This document shows, piece after piece, positions 1-12,949 of a stretch of 64,000 bases of DNA. The position numbers and the translations under genes were made by a program. The stretch covers positions 18,600,001-18,664,000 of the forward strand of contig OZ024755.1 of assembly GCA_964016885.1 (NCBI GenBank). The letters run 5' to 3'. The notes below the pieces were generated by a model, which saw only the letters and a program-made list of their open reading frames with translations, had not been told where the DNA came from and ran no database searches. Source of the stretch: Eledone cirrhosa (Eukaryota). The number at the start of each line of letters is the position of its first letter. The stretch's first letter is position 1.

Positions 1-279
1 TCTTTGAATGGTCAGGTAGAAGTATATTACCACGTGACCTTGGTATCTTGACCCCAGTTTTAGTCTAAGGAGTTTTGAGCATCTGATATTTTCATTCTTC
101 TGAAGAGGATATATTCCACTGTTCAAGTAGTCAATTTGATGCTAATACCCATGTAGTTGATGATGGAATGGAGACATATGGAAAGATTCCAGGATGGTGA
201 GCAGATGTCGTAAACACACACACATAAAAAGATTCTAGGATAGTGAGCTAGTGTGGTACACATACATATACATATATGT

Positions 280-410
280 AGGACAGGCTTATGCAGTCTC
301 TGTCTACCAAATTACACTTAGAAGGCATTGGTCAATCCAAAGCTCCAATAGAAGATACTTGTCCAAAGTATCTCACAGAGGACTGAGCTTGGAACCACAC
401 AACAATTCCT
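280..410 (-). mobile_element. Decayed tRNA-derived SINE (family D, octopus-type)
   Basis: Reverse-complement similarity to the + copy at 6104-6255 (gtctaccaaatt / aatttagttgacagaaactgc; aagatacttgtccaa CORE-like segment). Confidence 0.55.
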
Positions 411-857
411 GTACCTGTATGGATTAAATCTATGGACTATATCTATGGAATGAATCAATGGAGAGAATTGATGGAATGAATCGATGTAGTGAATCAATGA
501 GCTTCTTCACAAGTACCCTGAATTTCTGCAGAATGGAAAATTGGATGAATTTATTATGTCAAAAATCTACAGTTACACCCAATCAAAGCTTTAGCAATAA
601 GTATATTGTATCATTTTTAAGTCTTTTGTTACCATATTTCTAATAAATGACAATACCTGTAATTTTCATATTATTTTGAAAAGAGACAAAAATTTGGCGG
701 GATTTACTAATATATAGTTTCTTAACCAGAGTTGTTTCTCTTACATTATAAATATGCATGAAGTATTCATGTCAATTCTAACTCTGTCTCACCAGTTATG
801 AATACATATGCGAGTATAAATGTATGTATGTATGTATGTATATATGTGTGTGTGTGT

Positions 858-1148
858 ATCATCATCATCATCATTTTACATCCGCTTTTCCCTGCTTGCA
901 AGGGTGGGACGGGAACTGATTCTGGCTTGATTTCTACAGCTGGATGCCCTTCCTAACACCAACCTCATTTACAGTGAATGCTGGGTGCTTTTCTGCCGTG
1001 GCACCTCCACGTCCACTTTACAGTGGAATGATAGGGACCCCAGTCCTTATCATCTCATTTCTACAGCTGAGTAAACTGGAGCAATGTGAAATAAAGTGTC
1101 TTGCTCAAGGAAACAACACAAGCAGGGAAAAGCGGATGTAAAATGATG

Positions 1149-1150
<2 letters not shown>
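858..1150 (-). mobile_element. SINE family A (CORE-like body, RTE-derived 3' tail), head missing, with inverted copy of its own tail at 1118-1150
   Basis: 858-1120 is near-identical to the reverse complement of 14111-14441; 1119-1150 is the exact reverse complement of the tail at about 867-898. Confidence 0.85.
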
Positions 1151-1201
<51 letters not shown>

Positions 1202-1368
1202 TATGTATGTATATATGTATTTGTGTGTCTGTTACTTTATGAATATACATGATATTAATTGAGATTCAAGTATGCATATCTTCTTGTGAATATTGAATTA
1301 CTTAGAAGCAATGTCAAGAGAAGAAATGAAATCATTGGGGTCAAGTTAGTGTTGTAGAGATGGTGGAT

Positions 1369-1415
<47 letters not shown>

Positions 1416-1744
1416 CATATATGTACATACAGATACATACATATTCACACACATGCATATACACACATATACACATACACACATACATAGACACATATGT
1501 ACATAGATACATACATGTACATACAGATACATACAGATACATGCACACATACATATACACATGGTGGCTGCCAACTCGTTTTCGAGTACGGCCACTACTT
1601 TATATCCATGTAGGAGAACCCCTACCGATGCGCTGAATGAGTGTGACTTTTTAGTCCAGCCAGCGACTTGAAAACTCTGGTACAAACACTACACTTGTGA
1701 CAATTATTGACACATAGTGCTGGGCCCATGGTACCATGTGATGA

Positions 1745-1985
1745 CAAGTGCATAAAATCTGTCCAGCTATTCTTTTCTGAGACATTCTAACCACATGGCC
1801 ATAGTACAGGAGCTGTGATCTCTCAATTCAGAGAACTAGTGGCTCTACCTGGAGTGACTCTCTGATCTCCAAGCTATGCACTCTACTGAGTAATGTTACT
1901 CCCAAGACACTTTGGAGGAACCCCTCCTTTCAGCCACTTCTATTCGCGATTGTCTTCTTTTGGTCATTACCCAAGATTCTGTGGT
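1745..1985 (-). mobile_element. RTE-type LINE fragment (family of 7732-8110, 10822-11100, 23360-24480)
   Basis: Shares tgagacattctaaccacatg...gagctgtgatc...cctggagtgactctctgatctcc with 7950-8110. Confidence 0.75.
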
Positions 1986-2124
1986 ATTTATTGCAGCTGT
2001 TTGTGTTCTAAGTTCAAACCCCAGGCCATTACTAAAGGCAACAGATTGTTAGGGCAATGGAGAAAATGCCTCGTGGCATTTATTGCAGCTGTTTGTGTTC
2101 TAAGTCCAAACCTTAGTTTGGTTA

Positions 2125-2572
2125 ACTTTGCTATTCATTCTCCTGAGTGTTCAGTGCTCAGCCGTCTCTGTAATGGGGGTAGTGCTGGTGCCATGATAAA
2201 ATGCGCCCAGCCCACTCTGTAAAGTGGAAAAATTGCTAGCGTCATAATAAAATGCTCCCAGCCCACTCTGTAAAGTGGAAAAATTGGTAGCGTCATGATA
2301 AAATGCACCCAGCCCACTCTGTAATGTGGTAAATGTTGGAGCCACAAAAAAAAAGCACCCAGTCCAAACTGTCAGGTGGTAGCGGTGGTGCTCGAAGAAA
2401 ACTAATTTGGTATATGTGGTGAAGTGGGTGACATAAGGAAGAACATCCAGCCATAGAAAGCATGTCAAAATGGAAGATATATAAACAAGTGGCAGTCGTC
2501 TGACCTGTCTGTAGAACCACAGATTATGACAACCTGTCTAACACATGAAAACATGGATAATAGATGTAAAAT
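2125..2572 (+). mobile_element. RTE 3' UTR/SINE tail with internal triplication of a ~52-bp unit
   Basis: Three copies of ataaaatgcNccagcccactctgtaaagtgg, then catccagccatagaaa...acatggataatagatgtaaaat, the same tail as 5780-6060. Confidence 0.65.
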
Positions 2573-2574
2573 CA

Positions 2575-2918
2575 TGGTCACCATGATGGCGGTGATGATG
2601 GTGGTGGTGGTGGTGGTGGTGATGACGGTAATGGTCATGTTGATGGTGGTGGTGGTGGTGATGATGACGGTGGTGTTGATGGTGGTGGTGGTGATGTTGA
2701 TGGTGGTGGTGGTGGTGATGTTGATGACGGTGGTGTTGGTGGTGGTGGTGGTGGTGCTGATGGTGGTGGTGGTGGTGGTGGTAGTGATGTTCATGACGGT
2801 GGTGGTGGCGATGTTGATGACGGTGGTGGCAGTGGTGAGGTGGTGATGTTGATGACGGTGGTGGTGGTGGTGGTGGTTATGATAATAGTGATAATGATGA
2901 TGATGATGATGATGATGA
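2575..2918. repeat. (GGT/GAT)n compound microsatellite
   Basis: Direct reading; source of the poly-V, poly-T and poly-H ORFs. Confidence 0.95.
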
Positions 2919-3142
2919 AGAAACACTAAAGTAGCATCATCAGAAGCTATATATACTATATATACTGAAGAAAAACAAGATTGTGTACAAAGTGTTGATA
3001 TTGAACTGAACAGAGACCCCCTGAAAACTTTTAAGGGTACATGGCCAGTCATTTTAGAGAAAGGAGACAGTGGATTACATCAACCCCAGTATTTAGCTGG
3101 TTAGGGTTAGATCAACCTTAATCTATGTTACCTTAATCAAAG

Positions 3143-3520
3143 TTAAATAATTGTTTCTACTTTTGGCACAAGGCCAGCAGTTTTTTGGAAGGGGAAAGTC
3201 GATTATATCGACCCCTAGTGTGTTACTGGTACTTTATTTTATCGACCCAGTAAGGATGAAAAGCAAAGTCAACCATGGCGTGATTTGAACTCAGAATGTA
3301 AAGGGCCATAACTCTATGCTGCAAAGTTAAATAATTGTTTCTACTTTTGGCACAAGGCCAGCAAATTACCCAGTGTATTACTGGTACTTTATTTTAATCG
3401 ACCCCGTAAGGATGAAAGGCAAAGTTAACCTCGGCGGGATTTGAACTCAGAATGGCAAGGGCCGTAACTCTATGCGTCAAAGCATGGCGTCCGACCCTCT
3501 ACCGATGCTGCCAATGCACA
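3143..3520 (-). mobile_element. Two tandem SINE family B copies (tRNA-like head plus gcctttcatccttacggggtcgataaaataaagtaccag domain, Meta-domain-like)
   Basis: Reverse complement of copies such as 12305-12512; B-box gagttcaaatcc. About 20 copies or fragments occur in the window. Confidence 0.85.
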
Positions 3521-3704
3521 AAGATATAAAAGTTAAAATATTGTTCACAATATTCTCAGCAGTTAGTACTTATATTTAAGAGGTACTGAAGGTGGGTTAC
3601 CGTGACTCACAGGACTTTGTAAAGTTGTTAAAAGGACCAGGCCAAATGTGAGACAGAAGCACCATTTTAAACTGGTCATTAAGTATTTTAGTAATGTGTA
3701 CTAG

Positions 3705-3818
3705 ACATATATATATATATGATTTATGTAAGTGTTATATGTTGGGGTGTGTGTGTATACATCATCATCATCATACATATATATATGTATATATATATAT
3801 ATATATATACATATACAC

Positions 3819-3849
<31 letters not shown>

Positions 3850-3913
3850 CACACATATACATATATACACATACTTATTTATATGTATGTGTATATATAT
3901 ATGTACATATATA

Positions 3914-3944
<31 letters not shown>

Positions 3945-4008
3945 GATTTATGTAAGTGTTATATGTTGGGGTGTGTGTGTATACATCATCATCATCATCA
4001 TACATATA

Positions 4009-4048
<40 letters not shown>

Positions 4049-4051
4049 CAC

Positions 4052-4084
<33 letters not shown>

Positions 4085-4148
4085 CACACATATACATATA
4101 TACACATACTTATTTATATGTATGTGTATATATATATGTACATATATA

Positions 4149-4189
<41 letters not shown>

Positions 4190-4270
4190 ACATATATATG
4201 TGTGTGTGTGAGTATATACATCATCATCATCATCATACATATATATATGTATATATATATATATACATAC

Positions 4271-4307
<37 letters not shown>

Positions 4308-4388
4308 CATATATACACATACTTATTTATATGTATGTGTATATATATATGTACATATATATGTGTGTGTGTATATATATATATGTAC

Positions 4389-4448
<60 letters not shown>

Positions 4449-4450
4449 TA
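3705..4450. repeat. TA/CA/CAT compound microsatellite organised as ~225-bp tandem units
   Basis: gatttatgtaagtgttatatgttgggg at 3721 and 3945; acttatttatatgtatg occurs three times. Confidence 0.9.
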
Positions 4451-4820
4451 TAGATATAGTGTACATGTATTTGCAAGTAACATAACAGTATAACCGAACA
4501 AGAAGTTAAGTTGAAAGACAAGTAGACTCTCTTCAAATGGTACCCCTATGTTAACTACCCTGACCCCATCTCCAACAATCCCCCCCCCCCTCTAGTCTGG
4601 CCTGATTATGACTCATAAATAATATCACAGTAACATAGACTTAATTACAATTCATCAATATTGCAAACTAGACATTAAAAGACACAACAAATGTAAGCAC
4701 TCTCATTATTTCCTACTCTGTCTCTTAAAAGTTTACAGTCAACAATACACACACAGACACACACACCCTCATGTACACAGATACACACACACACATGCGT
4801 GTACATATATATACATACAT

Positions 4821-4856
<36 letters not shown>

Positions 4857-4860
<4 letters not shown>

Positions 4861-5180
4861 TGAGGATGGCTCTGAACATTAATCAGTATACACTGAGGAT
4901 GAAAAACTCAGAGCTGTACGGGAGCCTCCCAAAAGTCAGCTCAAAGGTGACACAGAGGAGACTGAGGTTAGCTGAACATCCAGAGTTGACATTGCACTCA
5001 GTGATCCTGTGGGAGCCCCTACATGGACACACTGGAAGAGGAAAACCAAGGTTAACATATGTTGATGCCCTAAGGACAGACACTGGTCTCTTGGAGACGC
5101 AGGACATTGCAGCGATAATGAGGGACAGAGACCGCTGGAGAGAACTCGTCCATGGATCTTGGGAATTTTATCCACCCTAG
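4857..5180 (+). pseudogene. 5'-truncated RTE-clade LINE ORF C-terminus
   Basis: LRMALNI...ELYGSLPKVSSKVTQRRLRLA...ILWEP..G..GRGKPRLTYVDAL..DTGL...DRDRWR matches the RTE post-RT domain pattern. Confidence 0.85.
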
Positions 5181-5204
5181 ATATATATATATATATATCT
5201 ATAT

Positions 5205-6060
5205 ATGTATGCAACGGAGGTGGGTGTTCAGAAAGTGCAATAACTAGGGTAAGAACGGGATGGAAGAAGTTTAGGGAACTACTACCACTGCTAGCTGCAA
5301 AAGGCTTCTCCCTCAGAATGAAAGGCAGACTGTATGATGCGTGTATCCGAACAGCGATGTTGCATGGTAGTGAGACCTGGGCGCTGAAGCTGGAAGACTT
5401 ACGTAGATTAGAGAGAAACGAAGCCTGCATGCTCCGATGGATGTGTAACAATAATATACGACAAAGCATAAATGAATTGAGAGAGAGACTGAGCATAAGA
5501 GGAATCAAATGCTGTGTGCAGGAGAGGCGGTTGCGCTGGTATGGACATGTGATGCGTATGAAGGATGATAGCTGCATAAAAAGGTGCAGAGCACTAGAAG
5601 TTGATGGAAACCGCGGAGTGGGGAGACCCAAGATGACCTGGGATGAGGTGATAAAAACCGACCTTACCCAATTACACCTCTCAAAGACAATGACACACGA
5701 CCGTGACTTCTGGCGTCACGCAGTAATACAGAGTACCCGACCTCCCATGGGTACAAGCTGAAGCATATAGACAATATGCCCCCACCGCAAGGTGGTCGTG
5801 GAGGTGCCACGGAAAAAAAGCACCCAGCCCACACTGTAAAGTGGACGTGTAGGCGCCACGAAAAAAGCACCCAGCACTCACTGTAAATGAGGTTGGTGTT
5901 AGGAAGGGCATCCAGCTGTAGAAACCAAGCCAAATCAGTTCCTGTATGAGCAAGGCATGGTCAGCCGACCAGACACTGCCCACAACAGGACAACCCGTCT
6001 AACCCATGCTAGCGTGGAAGAACGGACGTAAAACGGTGATGATGATGATGATGATGATGT
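5205..6060 (+). mobile_element. 5'-truncated RTE LINE: ORF C-terminus (to 5761), 3' UTR and (GAT)n tail
   Basis: RVRTGWKKFRELLPLL...KGRLYDACIRTAMLHGSETW...ERRLRWYGHVMRM...GRPKMTW is a typical RTE C-terminus; tail cggacgtaaaacggt(gat)n. Confidence 0.93.
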
Positions 6061-6103
6061 ATGCACACAAAAGAAATGCAAAAATGGTCCCATTTTGTAA
6101 CAA

Positions 6104-6255
6104 GGCCTGGCTGCGTGGTTAAGAGGTTTGCTATGCAACTATGAGGGTCTGGGTTCAGTCTCATAGGATGACATCATGGCTAAACTGTCCTCTACTGTAG
6201 TCTTGGTTTTGCGAGTGGAATTTAGTTGACAGAAACTGCAGAAGCCCATCGTGTG
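6104..6255 (+). mobile_element. tRNA-derived SINE family D
   Basis: A-box-like tggctgcgtggtt and B-box-like gggttcagtc; 3' end gtggaatttagttgacagaaactgcagaagcccatcg followed by (TG)n. Confidence 0.65.
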
Positions 6256-6408
6256 TGTGTATGTGTATAATTATATATATATATATATAGGGGTATTGAC
6301 CTTAAAGCGCTGAAACCATGAAGACCTCTAGTGGTTGACTGATGAGAAAGGAATGTCCTGTGTTGACATTGTGCCTAAATCAGAAACCATTATCATTATC
6401 CTTATTAT

Positions 6409-6812
6409 GCAGTATCGGTAGAGCATCAGAAGCCATGCTTTACAGCATAGAGTTACGGTCTGAGTTCATATCTTGCCGGGTGGTTGATTGCCAGTATCAG
6501 TAGAGAGTCAGACGATATGCTTTGCAGCATAGAGTTACGGTCCTTTACAGTCTGAGTTCAAATCCCACTGAGGTTAACTTTGCCTTTCATCCTTATGGGG
6601 TCGATAAAATAAAGCACCAGTAACATACTGGGGTCAATTTAATCGACTTTACCCTCCCCTCCAAATTACTGGCCACGTGCCTATACTAGAAATCATATTT
6701 ATTATTATTATGAGGTTAACTTTGCCTTTCATCCTTACGGGGTCGATAAAAGAAAGTACCAGTAATACACTGGGTAATTGCTGGCCTTGTGCCAAAAATA
6801 GAAAAAATTATC
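6409..6812 (+). mobile_element. Cluster of three SINE family B copies or fragments
   Basis: Repeated cagtatcggtagag heads and gaggttaactttgcctttcatcctta..gggtcgataaaa domains. Confidence 0.8.
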
Positions 6813-6917
6813 AACATCATCATCATCATCATATCAGGCTGAATGAAATGTGATGGATTATTAAAACAGTGGTGTAGTAGATGTAATGTCATAAAATAAT
6901 TAAACAAGAGACATAAA

Positions 6918-6948
6918 AGTGGTGGTGGTGGTGGTGGTGGTGGTGGTG

Positions 6949-7010
<62 letters not shown>

Positions 7011-7560
7011 GGTGGTGGTGGTAGTAACAAATAAAGCAATTTAAAGGCCATTGCAAAATATATGGCATTTAAATGGGAAAGTAATCAGCAAAGTTATGTC
7101 TATCATCCCTTTAAAGTAAACTCTTATTAGTCTATTTTATCAGCCAATCATGCACAACTGTAATGATGGAATTGATGTGTGCGTGTGTGTGTGTGAGGGA
7201 GAGAGAGAAAGAGGAGAGAGAAAAGAGAGAGAAAGAGGAGAGGGAAAGAGAGAGAAAGAGGAGAGAGAAGAGAGAGAGAAAGAGGGAAAGAGAGAGAAAG
7301 AGGAGAGAGAAGAGGAGAGAGAGAGAAGAGGAGACAGAGAGAGAGAGAGAGAGAGAAGAGGAGACAGAGAGAAAGAGAGAGAAAGAGGGGGAGAGAGAGA
7401 AGGGATAGAGATAGAGAAGAGAGAAAGAAAGGGAGTGAGAGTAAAGAAAGCCAGAAAGAAACATAGAGACAATTAAAGAAAGGATGAGTGAGTGAGAGAG
7501 TAGGAGAAACAATGAAAAGAAGGAGGGAGAGGAAAGAAAGAGAGAGAGAGTGGAGTAAAA
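6918..7560. repeat. (GGT)n/(AGT)n tract (6918-7028) and GA-rich tract (7195-7560)
   Basis: Direct reading. Confidence 0.9.
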
Positions 7561-7731
7561 TATGAGCAAAATAGAGAGGGCAATTTCTTTTTTTTTTTAA
7601 ATATATAAACAAAACAAGTAAGTAATAATTTAGTTGAAGAGGGATTAACTGAAAGCTTCTCTGGAATTTATTTTAATCTTTAGATTTCAAACAGAAACAC
7701 AGGCTGAAAAACAAAAGAAGAAGAATAGATC

Positions 7732-8110
7732 TTTCTTCTTCTTCTTTGCCCACTTATTCCTGAGAAGGTCATGGGGGGAAGAGTCTTCAAACACTCCCTC
7801 CAGTGGGTCCTGTCATAAGGAATTGTCTCCAACTGATCCGGCTGGATCCCAAAGTGAAACCAGCCAAGTTCATGGATGTTATCCAACCATCTTGCTCGGG
7901 GCCTACTCTTGGGTCTCCTATCTGTTGGTTTCACCCATAAAATCTGTCCAGCGATTCTTTCCTGAGACATTCTAACCACATGCTTATAGTATTGGAGCTG
8001 TGATCCCTCAATTCGGAGAAGTAACAGTTGTACCTGGAGTGACTCTCTGATCTCCTAGCTATGCACTCTATCAAGTAACATTACTCCAAAGACCCTTTGG
8101 AGGAACCCCT
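7732..8110 (-). pseudogene. RTE LINE 3' fragment with (GAA)n tail
   Basis: VRMSQERIAGQILWVKPTDRRPKSRPRARWLDNI...DRTHWR is an RTE C-terminus. Confidence 0.85.
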
Positions 8111-8204
8111 ATATTTAATCAATCATCCAATTTAACATCACCACCAGTTAGCCCTTGATGCCTTTAGCAGATCCCACTTTGTTGTAAGTATTTGTGATAG
8201 GTTA

Positions 8205-9380
8205 TCAATTTGAGGAGACCTTGCTCCTTCTCTTTCACCAGTCTCAGAAGCCCTGATCAGTGTCTTTCTTTCTGAGTAAACAAGAACAAAAAAATGCTAC
8301 ATAGGACAGTATAGTCCTAGATATACAAAAGGACATGATGGTCATGACTGGGATGTCTTTGATCAGAGGTCTGCTTGCTCAAGGTTGACCTGGGAGAGAT
8401 ATACAAAAGGACATGATGGTCATGACTGGGATGTCTTTGATCAGAGGTCTGCTTGCTCAAGGTTGACCTGGGAGAAAGGTGTCAATAACAACAACAATTT
8501 AGAAATCCCCTTTCAGATTTTCAGGCAGTACATTCTCAACAGCGCTACAAAGATTGTGGCATCTTGCCATAAATGACAATGACTAAGGTTACAGGGGAAG
8601 ATTTTCAGATTTACAACACTAATCTCCCTATGACAAACCTGCAACATTGTATAGACAAAAATAACATTCTGAAGGCTGAAGGAAGTTTACTAGAAATACT
8701 CTAAATCATAGGTTCTCAAAGTGAGCATTGAAACACCCCACCCACCCCACCAAGGGCTGGGGGTTTGAGAAGGTCCTCGGTTTGAGGGGGCGGGGGAGTC
8801 GGTAGAGTTTGTATACAATATGGATCATTTGATATTAAATATCAAATGATACATATTATATATAAATATAATAAAAAATATATAATATTTATTTATACAT
8901 AATATATATTATATTATTTATTATATATTATTTGCAATTTGCGTGGAGGCAGGTCTCTCTGGAAATAGGGGTGGGGGTACATGGCCGTGAGGGGAACAGT
9001 GGCCCAAAAAGTTTGAGAACCTCTGCTCTAAATTAAGGTGATGAAAAACATTGCAGTCAAATATTTGTATTGTCATATCTCTCTAACTCTTCCTCTTTTC
9101 TGAAATATGCATCATGCTGAGCTTCTCTAAACTGATATTTAACAGAGGGGTACTCTAGTTTCCATACTTCCAGTTTAAGGAGACCTTGCTCCCTTCTTCT
9201 CACCAGTCATGAAGGCACTGAAAAGGGCCACGGGTACTGACCTTCTTTCTGAGTAAACAATGAAAAAAAAAAAAAAAGAAGCAAGTCACATTGGACAGTG
9301 TAGTCCTAGATATCCCGTGAAGGTCATGATGAAATGTTTACTTTGATCATAGGTCTGCTTGCTCAAAGTTGACCTGAGGA
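8205..9380 (+). repeat. Two copies (8205-8500, 9170-9380) of a dispersed repeat, probably a retroelement 3' end; the first has a 78-bp internal duplication
   Basis: Shared ggagaccttgctcc..caccagtc..tttctgagtaaaca..ggacagtRtagtcctagatat..tttgatca.aggtctgcttgctcaa.gttgacctg. Confidence 0.7.
8707..9025. mobile_element. hAT-type MITE with perfect 8-bp TSD
   Basis: TIRs cataggttctcaaa / tttgagaacctctg; TSD ctctaaat at 8699-8706 and 9026-9033. Confidence 0.9.
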
Positions 9381-10821
9381 GGGGGGGGGGGGGGATCAGC
9401 AATAATTTTCCTGTATTTCTTGTTCTGCTTTACTGTTTATTCTGATGTCACTAATAACTAACTTATGTTATATGATGCATTCTTGTTTGGGGAAGGGTTT
9501 AGCATTCATAATCATCTGTCTATCTTGTTTTCTGGTAAGTAAAAAGACACTCTGGTTTGTATATTTACCTGGTTCATAGGTGATGAGGTGGCTCTTTAAC
9601 TTAATTGTCCCTATATATTTCAGATTCACATCCATCAACCGGGGTTTTTTTTCTCTCCCACGGTAACTATCTCTCGTGTTGTTATTTTTATTTTTATCCT
9701 TTACGCTCTTTCCTTCATTCCTCTATACGTCTTATACATGCCACGCATCTCAACGTACACCCACTTACATCTCTCTCTCCACCACCGGATCTTGTTACCC
9801 GGAGATTTACCCATTTGCATTGTCGAGGCTTCCAAACGACTTAAAGAAATTTACCTTATTATTCCACAATGCTTCAAGCAAACTTCAATACTCTCATATA
9901 TATATATGAGACTGAATAAAATCTGACACTGCCAATTAAATATCAAGTGCTTACCATGGAGAGAGAGAGAGAGATGTCTAACTTTCTATCCTATTTAATA
10001 AGTGGTGTTTATTATATTCTATTAACTATTAGTCATTTTAGTTTTGTTACAAGGGGAACATGAAGGGGAACAAACAGATAGACAAACATAATAGAGGACA
10101 GAACATGAAGGGAGACAGACAGACAGACAGACAGACAAATAGACAGCAATAGAGGAAAGATCGTGAAGGGAGACAGACAGACAGGCCAACTGACAGCAAT
10201 ATAGGAAAGAACGGAAATAGAAAATAAAAGAAAGACTTGATAAAACAACTCTAGCATAAAGACCAAGTAACTCAACACTTCATAGATATAATTGTAAAGA
10301 GAGTCACTCAGAAAATTGTTTCTTTTATGCGTGAAGAAACAACTGTATAATTTCCTTTCTGTAATTTAATTAATAAATTGCTAACAGATATTTTAGAATG
10401 ACAATTAATTTACTGTTTTCCTTCAGTGAACCAAGATGTTAAGCATTTGCCTTCTCTTTCCTGTACATTAATTGAACTTGGCAACCAACCTTACCATAGT
10501 TAATGTCTCCCAGTTTCATTTAGTGTTATTCTGTACTCTGCGTGACACAAAACATAAGACATATACCTACTAAGTCATGCTATTTCTAGTGTCCTACTTT
10601 ATTTTATGGTGGGAGTTTATTTTGAAAACAAACTAAGGCATGAAAAAACACATGATAAAAATAAAATTTATATAATATAATATTAATATTATGGCTATTT
10701 AGAATATTAGAAAAAGCTGGATAATAATCCCTGCGAAGACATAATAGCATAATAGATGGGAAAATATGAACACAATCCAAAGAAACCATTAACTCTTAAC
10801 ATAAAATATCTAAAAACATAT

Positions 10822-11100
10822 TGAGAGATCACAGCTCCAATGCTATGGACATGTGATTAGAATGTCTCAGGAAAGAATCACTGGACAGATTTTACAGGCA
10901 AAACCAATAGGTAGAAGACCTAGGGGAAGATCCCAAACAAGATGGTTGGATAACATCCATGGGCTTGGCTGGTCACACTTGGGGATCCAGTCAGATCAAC
11001 TGGAAATGGTTGCTTCTGACAGGACCAGCTGGAGGGAGTGTTTGAGGACTCTGCTCCCATGAGCCTGTCAGGAATAACTGGGAGAAGAAAAGAAGAAGAT
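10822..11100 (+). pseudogene. RTE LINE 3' fragment
   Basis: IRMSQERITGQILQAKPIGRRPRGRSQTRWLDNI...DRTSWR; inverted relative to 7732-8110. Confidence 0.85.
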
Positions 11101-12117
11101 GTTTATAGCATCGTTACTGGTGGACAGAATGTTGTGAAAGTTTGTTGTGAAAGTTGTATTTTCAGTGAAGAATTCAATTTTGAATGTGATGTTGTTGTAG
11201 TGCTATTTTATACTTTTCAAGAATGTCTTGCTAATGTGGTGTCATGGGGTACAGGACATTAAGAAATAACTCCTTTTTGACTGGCACACAGCTGGATAAC
11301 AATAACCTGTGAACCGGGGTTTCGATGTGGCTCAGCCTCGAAACCCCGATTCACAAGCTATATATATATATATATATGTGTATATATATATATATATAGT
11401 AATAATAATAAATTTGAAGACTAAAATCCAATAAATATATATCAAATATATAAGAACCGTAGAGCAAATATTTATTAAAATAACAGATTAAAGATTAAGC
11501 AAAGAATCGCTGCTTTCACCCGTTAAGGATGAAAGCAGTTATTTTAATAAATATAATATATATATACATATATATATTAGAAAGTGAGGTTTTTTTACAA
11601 AATGAAAAATAACCGATACATATATATATATATATATATATAATTTTTAATGATTTATTGTTAAAGAATGAAAAATAATGATAACATAAAAAATATATTT
11701 AAAAAAATGAAACCCCTGAGGATATGTGACTCTAAGCTGTAGTTTATTTAGCTTATAGGTAAGTCTAACACTAAGAAAGATATATAAGAAATGATATCTA
11801 GCTCAGTGGTATGTCTACTGTTCAGATTCAACTAGCAGCAACTTTTGTCTTTTGCCATTTATCTTTTATATGAAAGATATATATGTCATAATATTTAAGC
11901 TCAGTGGTATGTCCACAGTCCAAATTCAGCAAGCAGCAACTTTTGCTTTTTATGTCTGACTCAGTTTTTATTGTTTTGTCTATAGTAATGTGTATCTTTT
12001 ACAAACTTATATTTCTTCATTTCAAATAAAAAAGACACTACTTCATTCTCCCTTACTACTGAAACACGTGTGAATTTCAGCCAAACATAGTAAGGAGAAA
12101 TCATTATTCAGTGGATG

Positions 12118-12512
12118 GGCAGTATCGGTAGAGAATCGGACAACATGCTTTGTGGCATATAGTTACGGCCCTTTACATTCTGAGTTCAAATCCCATTGAG
12201 GTTAGTTTTGCCTTTCATCCTTTACAAGGGGGTTGTTAAAATAAAGTACCAGTAATGAAGCACTGGGATCAATTTGTCAGCCTTGTGCCTAAATCAGAAA
12301 TCATCATCAGTAGAGGGTCGGACGCCATGCTTTGCAGCATAGAGTTATGGCCCTTTATGGTCTGAGTTCAAATCCCGCCGAGGTTAACTTTGCCTTTCAT
12401 CCTTACGGGGGTCGATAAAATAAAGTACCAGTCACGCACTGGGGTCGATTTAATCAATTTTCCCCTCACCCCCAAAATTGCTGGCCCTGTGCCGATATAA
12501 GAAACCATTATT
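12118..12512 (+). mobile_element. Two SINE family B copies
   Basis: Same head, domain and tail as other family B copies. Confidence 0.85.
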
Positions 12513-12949
12513 GTTGCTGTTGTCATTCCTTTTATACTGTGTCTGTTGATGTGCCTGTCAGTCTGTCTGTCTGGCTGAAAACTGAGTCATACACCACTTA
12601 AGGTACAATTTCTAATGAACATATTGCCCTCTGTCTCTTGTTAACAAATGTCTTGTCCTAAAGCGAATCATTTATTACCAAAGTGATAGAATTTATTAAA
12701 TACCACCACCCTCTATTTCTTTCACTCTTAGCTTACTGAGAAGGAAAATACAATTCTTCGTCATCACAACAACAACAACAACCACACAGAAGCCTGGTGA
12801 CTCACCGGTTCTTATTTACCCACCAACAACAACAACAACACCACCATACACACAAAAGAAAAGGAAAATAAAAAAGAAGACATATATATAGAGAGGAAAG
12901 ATCTAACTGTGTGTGTTGTCATCCATATGAAGTAATTCCACTTGCTGTG

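Noticed and set aside
99-125. CTGAAGA-GGA-tatat-TCC (also CTGATGA-GCC-tcct-GGC at 17872)
   Set aside because: No GAAA or stem I/III follows, so these are not hammerheads.
11740-11765. Plus-strand ttatag|gtaagt, a possible recursive site
   Set aside because: The polypyrimidine tract is poor and interrupted by upstream AGs.
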